IMG/VR virus record: IMGVR_UViG_2862413135_000001
Span: 234 to 64,233 of that record
Direction: 5' to 3' (one strand)
DNA: 64,000 nucleotides
DNA from: a virus
Lineage: Duplodnaviria; Caudoviricetes
Of this stretch, positions 8,357 to 18,565 are shown one piece after another. Under the pieces are notes generated by a model. It was not told where the DNA came from. It searched no databases and worked only from the letters and a program-made list of their open reading frames with translations. Each line of letters opens with the position of its first letter. The stretch's first letter is position 1. Position numbers and translations under genes: made by a program.

Positions 8357-9444
8357 GCGTCCTCCTTCGCGGAGATCGTCGTGACGGGGAAGTCGCCGTC
8401 CGTGCTGAGCGGTACAGAGAACCCGGCGACCTGATGCAGCTCCCGGCTGCCGTCCGGGTGGATCAGCCGGACGACGTCGCCGACTTCGAGCGCCGGGTTG
8501 GGCAGGCTGGAGAAGTCCCCGCTGGCGTTCGGCGCCCGGGCCGCAGCGAGCTTCAGGGTGGCGGCGTTCGTGCAGGCCGCCGTCGTGATGAGCGTCGGCG
8601 ACGAGTAGAACGTGGGCCGGTGCCCGTAGGGGCCCGACCAGTAGGTGGGTGAGCTGGGGTCGGTGTCGACGACCAGCGCGGAGACCGGGGCCACGTTGTC
8701 GGCGGTGTTCTCGCCGCGCGCCAAGACACCGTTGTAGACGCCGCTGCTGGACATGCCGCGCGACGCCCGGACGTAGACGCCGCCCTCCCCCGCCGCCACA
8801 TCCCACACCGGGGTCGCTGCGGAAAGGTCGGGCAGGGTGGCGATGGTGAACACCCCATCGGGGCTGCAGTAGACGACCGCGCCGGCCGCGGCGGCGATCT
8901 CCTGGCAGGCCGCCCACGGATCTGCCTCGACGTCGTAGACGCGGCGGCCGATCGCCATGTCGCTGATCGTGGAGACGATCTCGGCGTCGCTGATGGACCG
9001 CTGGACCAACGCGGTGACCGCGCTGACCACCGTGCCCGACGCCGTGTAGGGGGCGGTGAGTTTGTCGTCCTGCACGACGACGCCGAGGTCTTTGCCGGAC
9101 AGGGTGACGGGCCCGTCGTTGACGTCGCCCGCCACGTCGTCGAGCCGGAACACGCCGAGCGGCACCAGCTCGCTGCTGCCGTCGCCGTAGTAGACGCCGC
9201 GGCTGATGCGCAGCCGGGCCCCGTAGACCGCCAGCTGGTCGGCGGCGGCACGCGGGATCAGGGTGGGGTCGGCCACTGTGACCGTGCAGGTGCGGCGGAT
9301 GGCCTGCGAGCGGTCCACCGTCACGCTGCCGCCCGTGTGCTCCAGCGGCAGCACGCGGCCGTCGGTCGTGAACAGCCGCACCTCGGTGGCTACCTGGTGC
9401 GACTCGGCGAGGCGCGGCAGGAATCGGGCGGTGGTGGGGTACAC
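8353..9444 (-). CDS. minor tail protein (Tal/baseplate hub-like, DUF5047-like)
   Basis: GGSVTVDRSQAIRRTC, VPLGVF, PNPALEVGDVV; position after Dit-like gene. Confidence 0.78.
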   Translation of the reverse strand: MYPTTARFLPRLAESHQVATEVRLFTTDGRVLPLEHTGGSVTVDRSQAIRRTCTVTVADPTLIPRAAADQLAVYGARLRISRGVYYGDGSSELVPLGVFRLDDVAGDVNDGPVTLSGKDLGVVVQDDKLTAPYTASGTVVSAVTALVQRSISDAEIVSTISDMAIGRRVYDVEADPWAACQEIAAAAGAVVYCSPDGVFTIATLPDLSAATPVWDVAAGEGGVYVRASRGMSSSGVYNGVLARGENTADNVAPVSALVVDTDPSSPTYWSGPYGHRPTFYSSPTLITTAACTNAATLKLAAARAPNASGDFSSLPNPALEVGDVVRLIHPDGSRELHQVAGFSVPLSTDGDFPVTTISAKEDA

Positions 9445-9452
9445 GTCACCCC

Positions 9453-11684
9453 CTACTTCCGCTTGTCGAGGAGGACGTCTTCCCACGTCGCATACGCGGT
9501 CAGCACGTCCCCCCAGGTGGCGAAGCCGGACAGCACGTCCTGCCAGGTGCGGTCTGCGGATCCGTTGACGCCGACGGTGACCGGCATATCGGCCTCCGTC
9601 AGGGGCAGCGTCCACTCACGCCACTCCTCGGTCGCCACCGCGCTCACGCGCGGCCGCGCGACCGCCGCGACGTTGACGTACACGTCATCCTCGCCCATCC
9701 CCGGCGCCGCCTGCCACAGCAATGTGTTGCCGGAGCTGAGTAGCCAGCGCAGGGCCTTGCGCTCCTCGTCGGAGCGGGTCCAGACGACGAGGCTGCCCTC
9801 CTGCCCGCCGCGGACGTCGGAGAGGACGACCGCGTTCTGCCGGCCGCGCACCCGATGGACGGCCTGCTCGATCGGATCCGCCCAGTCCGGTGCCGCCTTC
9901 ACGAGGACCTGCATGTTCCGTTGCGGGTTGCCCGGGTCTTTCAGCCAGGCGAAGTTGGCGTCGTCGACGTCGAGGGTGATCGTCGCCGACGAACGGGTGT
10001 AGGTGAGGACGCCGGCAGGCGAGTACACCTCGACGTAGTAGTAGACGGGGACGTCGAGCGGCGCCTCATGGTCCTCGATGACCAGCAGGTCGGAGGTGAT
10101 CGGGTCCTGGTCGTACAGGCCGGTCGGGCCGCGCACCGGTGTACGCGTGCCGTCGGCCGTCACCCGGTACACGGTGATCAGGTAGTCGACCGTCAGCTCG
10201 CGCAGCGTGAGGGTGACGTAGGCGCCGTCGTCGTGGTCGGTGACCGCGGTCAGCGGCAGCACTTGCCACAGTGCGACGGCGTCCATCCATAGCGACGACG
10301 ACACCGCCGCGGCGACGCCCACCACCTCGACCGCGGCTTTCGCCGCCGTGGCCGGGGCGACCGAGTCGGTGGTCATCAGGTACCAGCCGCCCGCGGGCAG
10401 CGAGTAGGCGGTGCCCGTCGACGCGCCGAGGTCCGCGCCGGCGGCCGTGTACCAGCGGACCTTCACCGTGATCGTGGTCCAGCTGCCGGCGTTGAGCTTG
10501 CAGACGATCTGCGCCCGGAAGTTCAGGCCCACCGGGGACGGCACCGTGAACTGCCCGGACCGCCACGTCGACGACGTCGCCGTCGCCGATGCGACCGCCA
10601 GGCTGTAGTTGCCGAGAACGGCGGCCGCCCCCCACGGCGTGGACCGGGCCGCCGTCGCCACCCCGGACGTCACCGTCCAGCCGCCCGCGGACTGCTCGAA
10701 CGACCCGTTGGCGTAAGGGATGACGGTGCCCGCCACGACCGGGACCACCGCGCGGACCACCGCGGTGTCGACCCGCAGAATCTGACCGGCCGTCGCCGAG
10801 TCCAGGCCCACCGCCAGCGAGCACGACGCCGCACCCGCGGGCGCGACATCCGACACGTACTGCCGGTAGAAGCCCGTCCCGGGCGGGGCCAGCGTCGAGC
10901 GGGTCGCCTGGACCTGGGTGCCGCCCGAGTCGTAGAACCGCAGCTCGACCCAGACCGTGCTGCCCGACGTTGGCGGGTTGAGGTAGATGTAGCCCAGGTA
11001 CTCGGCGCCGGGCGTCACCGTGGGCCGCTCGACCATGCGCATCGCCGCGTTGCCGCCCGCGGTGGCGGTCATCGCCATCGTGTGGCCGCCGGCCCAGTAC
11101 CAGTCATAGGCCCAGGTGATCATCGGGACCTGGCGGGCCAGCGTGCAGTTCAGCTCCGCCACCCAGGCCGAGGCGTCCACCTCGGACGACTCGGCGTTGT
11201 AGGTGAACAGGTTGCCCGAGCTGCGGATCGGCAGGCCCAGGTAGACGTTCTCGTAGAAGCTGGAGACGTTGCTCGCGGCCGGCGTCGACGACAGCAGCAC
11301 CTGCGCCCGCGTCGCCCCCACCGGCGCCGTCCCCGCCACGCTGATCCGATGCCACGTCGCCGACGCCGTCAGCGTCGTCAACGCCCACGTGATGGACACC
11401 TCGGCGCCCGCCGCGGTCAGCCAGCGGATACCGATCCGCTCCGGCACCGTCGCCCCGCTGGCGTCGGCGAACGCCTCGTACAGCGTGCCCGCGACCACCG
11501 GATACGAGGAGACGGTGCGCGCCTGCATCTCGCCCGAGGCGGCGGACTTGACCGTCAGGACGCCGTCCCCGTTGCGGCCGCCCGTGCCCTTGCTGAGCGT
11601 GCAGTTCAGCTTGGCCGTCCACCCGGAGATGGACGGATCCATGCTCTCCGTCGACGAGCTGAGGAGGTTCCCGGGGATCGACAA
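9453..11684 (-). CDS. distal tail (Dit-like) protein with three carbohydrate-binding-like domains
   Basis: Three related jelly-roll-type repeats (GNLL..ES..W, GNLF..ES..W, NGSFE..GW); C-terminal DHEAPLD, WLKDPG. Confidence 0.72.
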   Translation of the reverse strand: MSIPGNLLSSSTESMDPSISGWTAKLNCTLSKGTGGRNGDGVLTVKSAASGEMQARTVSSYPVVAGTLYEAFADASGATVPERIGIRWLTAAGAEVSITWALTTLTASATWHRISVAGTAPVGATRAQVLLSSTPAASNVSSFYENVYLGLPIRSSGNLFTYNAESSEVDASAWVAELNCTLARQVPMITWAYDWYWAGGHTMAMTATAGGNAAMRMVERPTVTPGAEYLGYIYLNPPTSGSTVWVELRFYDSGGTQVQATRSTLAPPGTGFYRQYVSDVAPAGAASCSLAVGLDSATAGQILRVDTAVVRAVVPVVAGTVIPYANGSFEQSAGGWTVTSGVATAARSTPWGAAAVLGNYSLAVASATATSSTWRSGQFTVPSPVGLNFRAQIVCKLNAGSWTTITVKVRWYTAAGADLGASTGTAYSLPAGGWYLMTTDSVAPATAAKAAVEVVGVAAAVSSSLWMDAVALWQVLPLTAVTDHDDGAYVTLTLRELTVDYLITVYRVTADGTRTPVRGPTGLYDQDPITSDLLVIEDHEAPLDVPVYYYVEVYSPAGVLTYTRSSATITLDVDDANFAWLKDPGNPQRNMQVLVKAAPDWADPIEQAVHRVRGRQNAVVLSDVRGGQEGSLVVWTRSDEERKALRWLLSSGNTLLWQAAPGMGEDDVYVNVAAVARPRVSAVATEEWREWTLPLTEADMPVTVGVNGSADRTWQDVLSGFATWGDVLTAYATWEDVLLDKRK

Positions 11685-11694
11685 GGGGACCTCC

Positions 11695-14600
11695 TCAGCT
11701 CGCGTCGATGACGGAGATCAGCCGCTGATGTTCCTGGCGCACCACGGCTGTCGCTTCGCCCCGGACCTTGCCGAGGAATTCGCCGCCTTCGAGGTAGAGA
11801 GCACCTTCGAATTTCGCAGGCCCGGACGGTGCGCCCAGCGCCAGGGAACCCAGCGCGCTCGCCTGCTGGCGGGTGAAGACCGGCTCCGGCCGCCCGGTGC
11901 CATTGAACGCGAGGTTCATCCCGGGCTGCAGGTAGCCCCCGCTGTCGTAGCTGCCCGGCTTGAAGCCGTACCAGGAGCCGAACAGCGAGTTGTTGTAGCC
12001 GCGCGCCCTTGACCCGACGACGACACCGTCGCCTCCGCGGCTCTCGACGTTGACGCCGCCGATGGTGCCTGCGGTGTGGCCGACGCCAGCGTTCGTGATA
12101 CCGATGCGGAACGGGCTGTTGCCGTGATAGACCCACCCGGGCGGGGCCGTCTCACCGGAGAACGCCATGGTCGCCCAGCGGCGGTGAGGTTTCTGGCCTC
12201 GGATGACGGACTCGATCGCCGACATGAAGCCGGAGCAGTCCCAGCTGGGGTCGCCGTTCCCGGCCCACTGGTAGGGCAGGCCGGCCTGGGTGCGGGCCCA
12301 TTTCAGGCCCGCCTGGATGCGGGGACCGCCGAGTCCGCCGCCGCCCTTCTTGTCGGCCTCCTTCGTGTACCCGAACAGAGCGTCGACGATCTTGTCGGGG
12401 ATATGGCGGATGAGCTGCCCGAAGCCGGTATCCATGCCCGGGAAGCTGGCGAGCAGTGGGTCTACGACCCGCGTGACGCCTGCCCGGGCGGACGCCTCGA
12501 GCGTGTCCTTCAGCCAGGAGGCGCCCTCCTTGACCTTGTTCCAGGCGGCCGATCCGGCTCCCGCTACCGCGGCGCCGGCCGACTTGATCCATCCGAAGAT
12601 GCCGCCGTCGGCGAACGACTGCACGACGCCGCCGCCCGCGTACCGCAGCGACGTGTCCGTGGACATGGGCGGGTTGCCGCCGAATGCGGGGGCCAGGGCC
12701 GCCTTGATGCCCTGTGCGCCGCGGTTGCGCGCGATCGCATTCATCGTGTTCACGAAGCCCGCGCCGACTGCGCGGGTGAACTCCGGCCGCATGATGGACT
12801 CGCCGCCGCTGAGTTCCAGCGCGCCGCCCGTCGGGGAGACGAAGCGGTGCGTGTCCCGCCCCGGGGTGTAGCCGGGCATGATGCCGCCGGATGCGAATCT
12901 GAACACGGGCAGCTTAGAGGCACCGAACGCGCCGGCCACGGCGTTCCATACGCCACGAACGCCGTTGTTGTACACGACGTCCACGACGTACTGGATGGGT
13001 GCCCGTGCGATGGCCTTCAGGCCGTCCCAGGCGGTCTTGATGCCGGACTTCGCCGAGTTGAAGGCTGCAACCGTCTTGTCTGCAAGCGTGGTCGCCCAGC
13101 CTGGGATCGTCTTCGTGAAGAACGTCCCGATCGGGGAGAGGACCCAGCGTTTGATCCAGTCCCAGGCGGATGCGAAACCCGCCTTGATGTCATCCCAATG
13201 GCGGATGATGTAGACGACGGCCAGACCCATGGGGCCGCCCAAGGCGCCCACCAGGTACGGCCAGTAGCGCTTCACCCAATCCAGGACGACCTGGAAACCG
13301 GCCGGAATCGTCTTGGTGAAGAACCCGAGGAACGGGCCCTTGAACCAGTCGACGAGCCCCGCGGCCGCGCTCTTCATCCACGCCCACACGGCGTCCACGC
13401 CGGCCCGGAACCAACCGAACTTGTTGTAGGCGTACACCAGGATCGAGACCAGAGAGATGATCCCGAGGACGATTAGAGTGAGCGGGTTTGCTTCTTGGGC
13501 GGCGTTCCAGGCCCATTGGGCAAGCGTCCACAGTTTCGTCGCGACGATGATTCCGTAGATTCCCTCGATCATCCACGGCGCCTTATCGGCGATGATGCCG
13601 ATGAACTGCGCCGCACCGCCGAGGAGCTTCAGTAGAGGCCCCTGGATCGGCGAGAGCGCTTGCCCGACGTTCAGGAACGCGCTCGCGATCTTCCTCAGGG
13701 CGTCACTAAGCAGCGGACCTTTCTCGGAGGCGTACCCGAGGAACCGTTCGAACTCCGGGCTGCCCTTCAAGGACGTGCCCCACTTGGCGAACCGGCCCGT
13801 GATCGTCTGCATGCGGGACGAGATCGAATCCATGTGGGGCAGGAAGGCGTCGACCACGCCGGCCATGCCCTTGAACACGTTCGCGAAGCCGATTCCGAGC
13901 CCCTTGACCGCCGGGCCCACCGCGCTGGCCAGGTCGGCCTTGAAGGCGTGCCACCACGGAGACTTGAAGCCGCGCGAGGCCCGGTCCTGCAAGTCGCCGA
14001 TCGCTTTCGCGGCCGCGAGAACGAACGGCGTCAGCCCGGGCAGGCTGGCCTTCAATCCGTTCAGGGCCCGCGTGAAGATCGGCATCACGGCAGGCTGCAG
14101 GGACCTCGACCACGCCGAAAACGCATCCCGCAATCCGAGGTACGCGGTCATCGTCGCCCGCGCGGACGGAGACAGCTTCGCCAACTCCGCCTGATACTTG
14201 GCCTGCGCGATCGCCGCCTGATCCACCCCACCGGCCGCCGACTGGGACGCCGCCTGGATCTGTCGCTGCGCCGACGCCACCGCGTCCGCGGCGTTCTGCT
14301 GCGCCACCGCCACATTCGCGGTCGCGTCGCTGACCTTCTGCTGCGCGTCGGCGACTTGCTGGGCAGTCTCCACCTGCGTGCGGGCCGCCTCAGCCTGCGC
14401 GTCCCGCACGGCCTGCGCCTGGTCGGCGACCGCCCGCTGAGACTGCGCTACACGATCCTGCGCAGTCACAACCGTCGCTGAACCCTCAACACCCGCCTTG
14501 TTCGCCTTCGCGGTGTCCGCCTGGAGGCGCTGCGTCTCCAGGCGCTGCTCCTTGAGCCGCTGTACCGCCTGGTCGTAGGCCAGGATCGCCTTCTGCTTGT

Positions 14601-16245
14601 CGAGGGCCGTAGCATTCGCGTTCTTCAGAACCGCATCGCGCTGGGCCGTAGCCTCCTTCAGCTGGATCTCGGCATCCCGCTGCGACAGCACCGAATCCGT
14701 CAACTGGTTGTTGAGGTCCTGCAACTCCTGGACGGCCTGCTTGCGGGCCGCCGTCAAGTCCAGCTGGGCCTTCTTCGCCGCCACCTGGGCGTCACCGAGA
14801 GACCGCTCCGCATCCTGCACCTGCCGCGCGGCCTGCGCATTACGCTGCGCGGCCTGCACCACTGCCTCCGCGGCCGACCGCTTCGCCTGCGCCACCTGCT
14901 GCTGTGCCTGAGCAATCTGCCGGGCGCCGTTACGCTCGGCCGTCGCCAACGACTGCTGCGCACCCGCCAGCTGCAGTGCCTTTGAGGCTCCCTGCGCCGC
15001 TGTCTGGCCGCCCTTGTAAGTGGCGTTCGTCGCCGCGTCCTGGGCGGCCTTCTGGGCCTGTAGCGTCGACGCAATGCCCTTGAACGCCGGAATCGCTACC
15101 AGGGCGATGCCGCCCAAGCCGGCGGCTGCGGCCACACCTGCGGCGGCGATGGCACCCAGGCCGGCCGCCACCACAGGCAGGACCGGCAGGATCGCCGGAC
15201 CGAACAGGATCGCGGCCGTGGTGAGTGCTCGAAAGCCGGATGTCGACGACGAGGTGTCCACGTCGATGTGCTGTCCGTCCAGCCGGTTCACCGCGGCCTG
15301 GAACGCGACAAGCTGCGCAGATGCTGCACCTGCGTCGACCCGCACGGCCACGTTTGCGTCCTGCGACGACAGACGTGCCAGCCGGGCCTGAATCTCGGTG
15401 ATCCGGGCCAGGGCCGCGCCAGCGTCAAGATCGACACCGATGCGGGCGTCGCGCAGCGACGTCAGCTGCGCCCGAAGACGAGCGATCTCCACCTCTGCGG
15501 GTGTCGTGTCCGCACCGATGTTGATGTTCGGCAAGGACGCCTCGGCCTGCGCCACCGCGGCGCGCAGCCGAGTCCCGAGCTGCCCGTCCGTCTCCATGCG
15601 GATCCGCAGCGGATCTGCTGAGACCTCGTCGATCTGAACCTGAAGCGCCTGCAACTGGGCGATCGCCCGGGCCGTGTCCGCCCGCACCGCGACATTGGGG
15701 TGCGCGGCGCCGATACGGCGCAACCGCTCCTCAATGTCTGCAGCCTGAGCACGCGCCGTCGCCGCATCGATGTCGATGCCGACCGTTTTGTCGGCCAGAG
15801 ATTCCAGCTTGGCCCGCAGTCGGGCCAGGTCGGCGTCCACGCCCGTGTCGCCGAGCTTGACGTCCAGCTTGGGCATGCTGCGGAACGCTTCGGTGAGCTT
15901 CGCCCTCAGCGAGCGGGCGAAGGCCCCGCCGGCCTGCTCGCCCTGCTTGGCGGCCGCCGGCCGAGCCTGCTGCCCACCCTGCGTGATACCGCTCGTAATG
16001 GAACTGCGGATCGACGCCGTGATGCGAGCGGCGATCTGCTGTCCTAGCCGCTGGCCGATCCGCTGACCGATCGTGTCCGAGATCGACGACGTCATGGCCG
16101 GACCGAAAGCCCGCCCCGCAGCGTTGCCCGCATCCTGGCCAGCGCGCGTCGCGGCCGGTACCAGCGCGCTCTTCAGCCGATCGTAGATCCCCCGCGTGTT
16201 GGGGATGACGTCGACCTCGACCGAGCCTACGGAGATAGCGGGCAC
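11695..16245 (-). CDS. tape measure protein with C-terminal NlpC/P60 domain
   Basis: 1516 aa Ala/Gln-rich coiled coil, Trp-periodic region, PYQWAG..DCSGF..GHT. Confidence 0.92.
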   Translation of the reverse strand: MPAISVGSVEVDVIPNTRGIYDRLKSALVPAATRAGQDAGNAAGRAFGPAMTSSISDTIGQRIGQRLGQQIAARITASIRSSITSGITQGGQQARPAAAKQGEQAGGAFARSLRAKLTEAFRSMPKLDVKLGDTGVDADLARLRAKLESLADKTVGIDIDAATARAQAADIEERLRRIGAAHPNVAVRADTARAIAQLQALQVQIDEVSADPLRIRMETDGQLGTRLRAAVAQAEASLPNINIGADTTPAEVEIARLRAQLTSLRDARIGVDLDAGAALARITEIQARLARLSSQDANVAVRVDAGAASAQLVAFQAAVNRLDGQHIDVDTSSSTSGFRALTTAAILFGPAILPVLPVVAAGLGAIAAAGVAAAAGLGGIALVAIPAFKGIASTLQAQKAAQDAATNATYKGGQTAAQGASKALQLAGAQQSLATAERNGARQIAQAQQQVAQAKRSAAEAVVQAAQRNAQAARQVQDAERSLGDAQVAAKKAQLDLTAARKQAVQELQDLNNQLTDSVLSQRDAEIQLKEATAQRDAVLKNANATALDKQKAILAYDQAVQRLKEQRLETQRLQADTAKANKAGVEGSATVVTAQDRVAQSQRAVADQAQAVRDAQAEAARTQVETAQQVADAQQKVSDATANVAVAQQNAADAVASAQRQIQAASQSAAGGVDQAAIAQAKYQAELAKLSPSARATMTAYLGLRDAFSAWSRSLQPAVMPIFTRALNGLKASLPGLTPFVLAAAKAIGDLQDRASRGFKSPWWHAFKADLASAVGPAVKGLGIGFANVFKGMAGVVDAFLPHMDSISSRMQTITGRFAKWGTSLKGSPEFERFLGYASEKGPLLSDALRKIASAFLNVGQALSPIQGPLLKLLGGAAQFIGIIADKAPWMIEGIYGIIVATKLWTLAQWAWNAAQEANPLTLIVLGIISLVSILVYAYNKFGWFRAGVDAVWAWMKSAAAGLVDWFKGPFLGFFTKTIPAGFQVVLDWVKRYWPYLVGALGGPMGLAVVYIIRHWDDIKAGFASAWDWIKRWVLSPIGTFFTKTIPGWATTLADKTVAAFNSAKSGIKTAWDGLKAIARAPIQYVVDVVYNNGVRGVWNAVAGAFGASKLPVFRFASGGIMPGYTPGRDTHRFVSPTGGALELSGGESIMRPEFTRAVGAGFVNTMNAIARNRGAQGIKAALAPAFGGNPPMSTDTSLRYAGGGVVQSFADGGIFGWIKSAGAAVAGAGSAAWNKVKEGASWLKDTLEASARAGVTRVVDPLLASFPGMDTGFGQLIRHIPDKIVDALFGYTKEADKKGGGGLGGPRIQAGLKWARTQAGLPYQWAGNGDPSWDCSGFMSAIESVIRGQKPHRRWATMAFSGETAPPGWVYHGNSPFRIGITNAGVGHTAGTIGGVNVESRGGDGVVVGSRARGYNNSLFGSWYGFKPGSYDSGGYLQPGMNLAFNGTGRPEPVFTRQQASALGSLALGAPSGPAKFEGALYLEGGEFLGKVRGEATAVVRQEHQRLISVIDAS

Positions 16246-16266
16246 CGGGAGCCTCCTCCCAGCGCC

Positions 16267-17063
16267 CTACGTGGCGCCTCTGTTGAGCAGCTCGAACAAG
16301 GTGTTGGCCTGGTTGTCAGACATGCGCTGCCGGACCTCGGCCGGCTTCGCGCCCGGTCTGCGGATCGGCTCGGGAGCCTTGGGCCGCTGCGACTTGTGTT
16401 CGGTGTTGACGCTGATCAGCACGTACTCCAGCCGCGACACCCGGTCCGCGATCACGGCGAGGAGCTGCTCGGCTTGCGACCAGCGCCCCTTCTCGGGTTC
16501 ACCCTTCTCGGACTGCTCGGCCAGCTCTTCATCCGACATTCCGTTCCGTAGGGCGGTCCACGTCGCCGACTCGGGCGGCAGGTGCTGAATGAGGATGCGC
16601 AGACGCCGCCAGGACATGGCGCCGCGGTGCACGTCAAGGAGGTCGACGCCCTGGTAGTAGCGCAGCAGGTCTGCCTCTATCGCCTCCGCGTGCGCCTCGA
16701 CGACGGAGCGGGTCCACGCGATTTCCCCAGGCTCTCGCCGGACTGCTCTGCGGCATCCTGGGTGAACTCCAGGAACTCGACGATCGTCGGATCCATCTCC
16801 AGGTACAGCTCGTAGTCGTCGGGGTGGAAGACCTTCTGGGCGAAGGCGTCAAGATTGCCCGCGTTGAGCAGGCGCTGCCACGAGATGCGCCACGCCGACG
16901 GCGGGATGATCTGTACGTCGTCGCCGCACAGGGTGGCCGTGACGTAGTTTTCGGCCTCGATCTCCTGTGCTTCGGCGGCTGTAACCTCCGGTTCCTCGAC
17001 GGGCCGGCGGGACTGGGGGCGGGCGGCCGCCTTACGGGCGGCCGGACGGGGATTTGCGGCCAT
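16267..17063 (-). CDS. tail assembly chaperone, -1 frameshift (GT-like) product
   Basis: -1 frame from GGGGAAA stays open: GEIAWTRSVVEAHAEAIEADLLRYYQGVDLLDVHRGAMSWRRL... Confidence 0.8.
16677..17063 (-). CDS. tail assembly chaperone (G-like)
   Basis: MAANPRPAARK...ESLGK, between major tail and TMP. Confidence 0.8.
   Translation of the reverse strand: MAANPRPAARKAAARPQSRRPVEEPEVTAAEAQEIEAENYVTATLCGDDVQIIPPSAWRISWQRLLNAGNLDAFAQKVFHPDDYELYLEMDPTIVEFLEFTQDAAEQSGESLGKSRGPAPSSRRTRRR
16722..16728 (-). other. programmed -1 frameshift slippery site GGGGAAA
   Basis: CTG GGG AAA near end of chaperone ORF; -1 frame continuous with downstream ORF. Confidence 0.8.
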
Positions 17064-17155
17064 GGCGCGGGACTCCTTCTGTGACGGCGCGGGCAACGTG
17101 CAGAGGTGGGCGGGCCGGGCCCGCGCCGGCTGGCTAAACCAGCCCGCCCACCCGC

Positions 17156-17743
17156 TCAGGAACCCGTGTAGGCGGGCGTGGCGGGGATCTTGTCGACGTG
17201 GTAGACGGTGTTGCCGGCCTCGTCGGGATAGGTCGTGATCGTCCACTCGTAGCCGGACATCTCGTCCTGCTTGAAGGAGACATCGGAGCGGTCGTTGATC
17301 TCGCCCTGCGGGACGTAGAAGCCCTTGTAGGCGTCGCCGTCGATGACGAGGAACCAGAACGCGCGGCGGTCGGGAACGGGCGAAGCGGTCTCGGCGTACT
17401 TGGTGAGACCCGTGCCATCGGGCACCAGATCGGCCTGATCCAGGCGGTAGTGCAGGGACTGCACCGCGACCCTGGACGTCTCCCACACCGTGAGCTTGAA
17501 CGTCCTCACCGACTTGGTGATCTGCGTGCGGAACGGGCTGCTGAGGCCCCACGGGGTGAACTCCTGGGAGTTCTCGTCGAAGCCGTAGGTGAGGCCGTTG
17601 TCGGAGATGGCGCCGAGCGGGGCCCACGGGGCGAGGGGCTGGGTGAGCGGCGAGTTCACCGCGGGCGTTCCGACGGGCGCGACCCACCCCCCGCCGTTCG
17701 CTCCGACAAGCGCCAGGTCCGCGGCGCGGGTGATGTTGACCAT
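17156..17743 (-). CDS. major tail (tube) protein
   Basis: APVGTP, LGAISDNGL, FYVPQGEI, YEWTITTYPD; ends YTGS. Confidence 0.85.
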   Translation of the reverse strand: MVNITRAADLALVGANGGGWVAPVGTPAVNSPLTQPLAPWAPLGAISDNGLTYGFDENSQEFTPWGLSSPFRTQITKSVRTFKLTVWETSRVAVQSLHYRLDQADLVPDGTGLTKYAETASPVPDRRAFWFLVIDGDAYKGFYVPQGEINDRSDVSFKQDEMSGYEWTITTYPDEAGNTVYHVDKIPATPAYTGS

Positions 17744-17816
17744 GAGATGACTCCAGACATGGAAGAGCCCGCGCACGGGCGGGTGGTGAGGGTCCGGCGC
17801 GGGCCCGGGTTCCCGG

Positions 17817-18206
17817 TCAGGCCGGGTGACAGAAGATCTCGTAAGTGGCACCGACTCGGCGGAGGCCAGTGTTCTCGTAGGGGCGTACAGCCGGGAGCGT
17901 CAGGCATCCCGTCCGCCCGATGACGGCTGTTGGGCTCGACGACCCCCGTAGCTGGCCGGTGATCCAGGCATGGACCTCGCGGGCCAGGGTGAAGGCTTCG
18001 GCCCGGCTGGCCGCGTACACGTCCATGTCGACGAGGAAGCGGGCGAGCCGGACGCCGTCGTCGCCCCCAGCGGGAAGCTGCTCGAACTGGATCGTCGGCA
18101 GTTCGCTCAGCAGGTCGTTGTCGAGTTCGTCGCGCACCACCGCGTCCGGCCACCGCTGCTGGGCGCGAGGGATGAGCTCTGCCTCGATGTCGATGATCGC
18201 GGTCAC
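17817..18206 (-). CDS. tail terminator
   Basis: Position before major tail gene; VDMDVYAASR. Confidence 0.7.
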   Translation of the reverse strand: MTAIIDIEAELIPRAQQRWPDAVVRDELDNDLLSELPTIQFEQLPAGGDDGVRLARFLVDMDVYAASRAEAFTLAREVHAWITGQLRGSSSPTAVIGRTGCLTLPAVRPYENTGLRRVGATYEIFCHPA

Positions 18207-18532
18207 TGGTTCGTCCCGCCGATCTGGGCGGCGCGCAGCAGGACGTGATGCGCGTGGACCTTCTCGGTGCCGTACTCCACCCAGCGTGCGTAGTAGGCGG
18301 TGTTGCGGACTGTGGCGGTGGCCCGGTCGCGGTGCCGGCCGCCGCGCGAAGTGCTGTCGACTTCCCAGGATGCCTTGTAGTGGCCCGGGTGCGGTCCGCG
18401 GTCGTCCACCGGCGAGATGGCCTGTGCGACACCTCTGATGATCTCGGCGCGGCGCCGCATCTCCGCCTCCATGGACGGCATCCGGAGCATCTGGCCCACT
18501 CCTTTGCGCTTCATCTTGAAACGCGCTGCCAT
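18203..18532 (-). CDS. HK97 gp10-like tail completion protein
   Basis: SPVD..GHYKASW, YARWVEYGT. Confidence 0.8.
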   Translation of the reverse strand: MAARFKMKRKGVGQMLRMPSMEAEMRRRAEIIRGVAQAISPVDDRGPHPGHYKASWEVDSTSRGGRHRDRATATVRNTAYYARWVEYGTEKVHAHHVLLRAAQIGGTNQ

Positions 18533-18565
18533 ACCCTCAACTCCTCACGGCACTAAGGGGGACGT

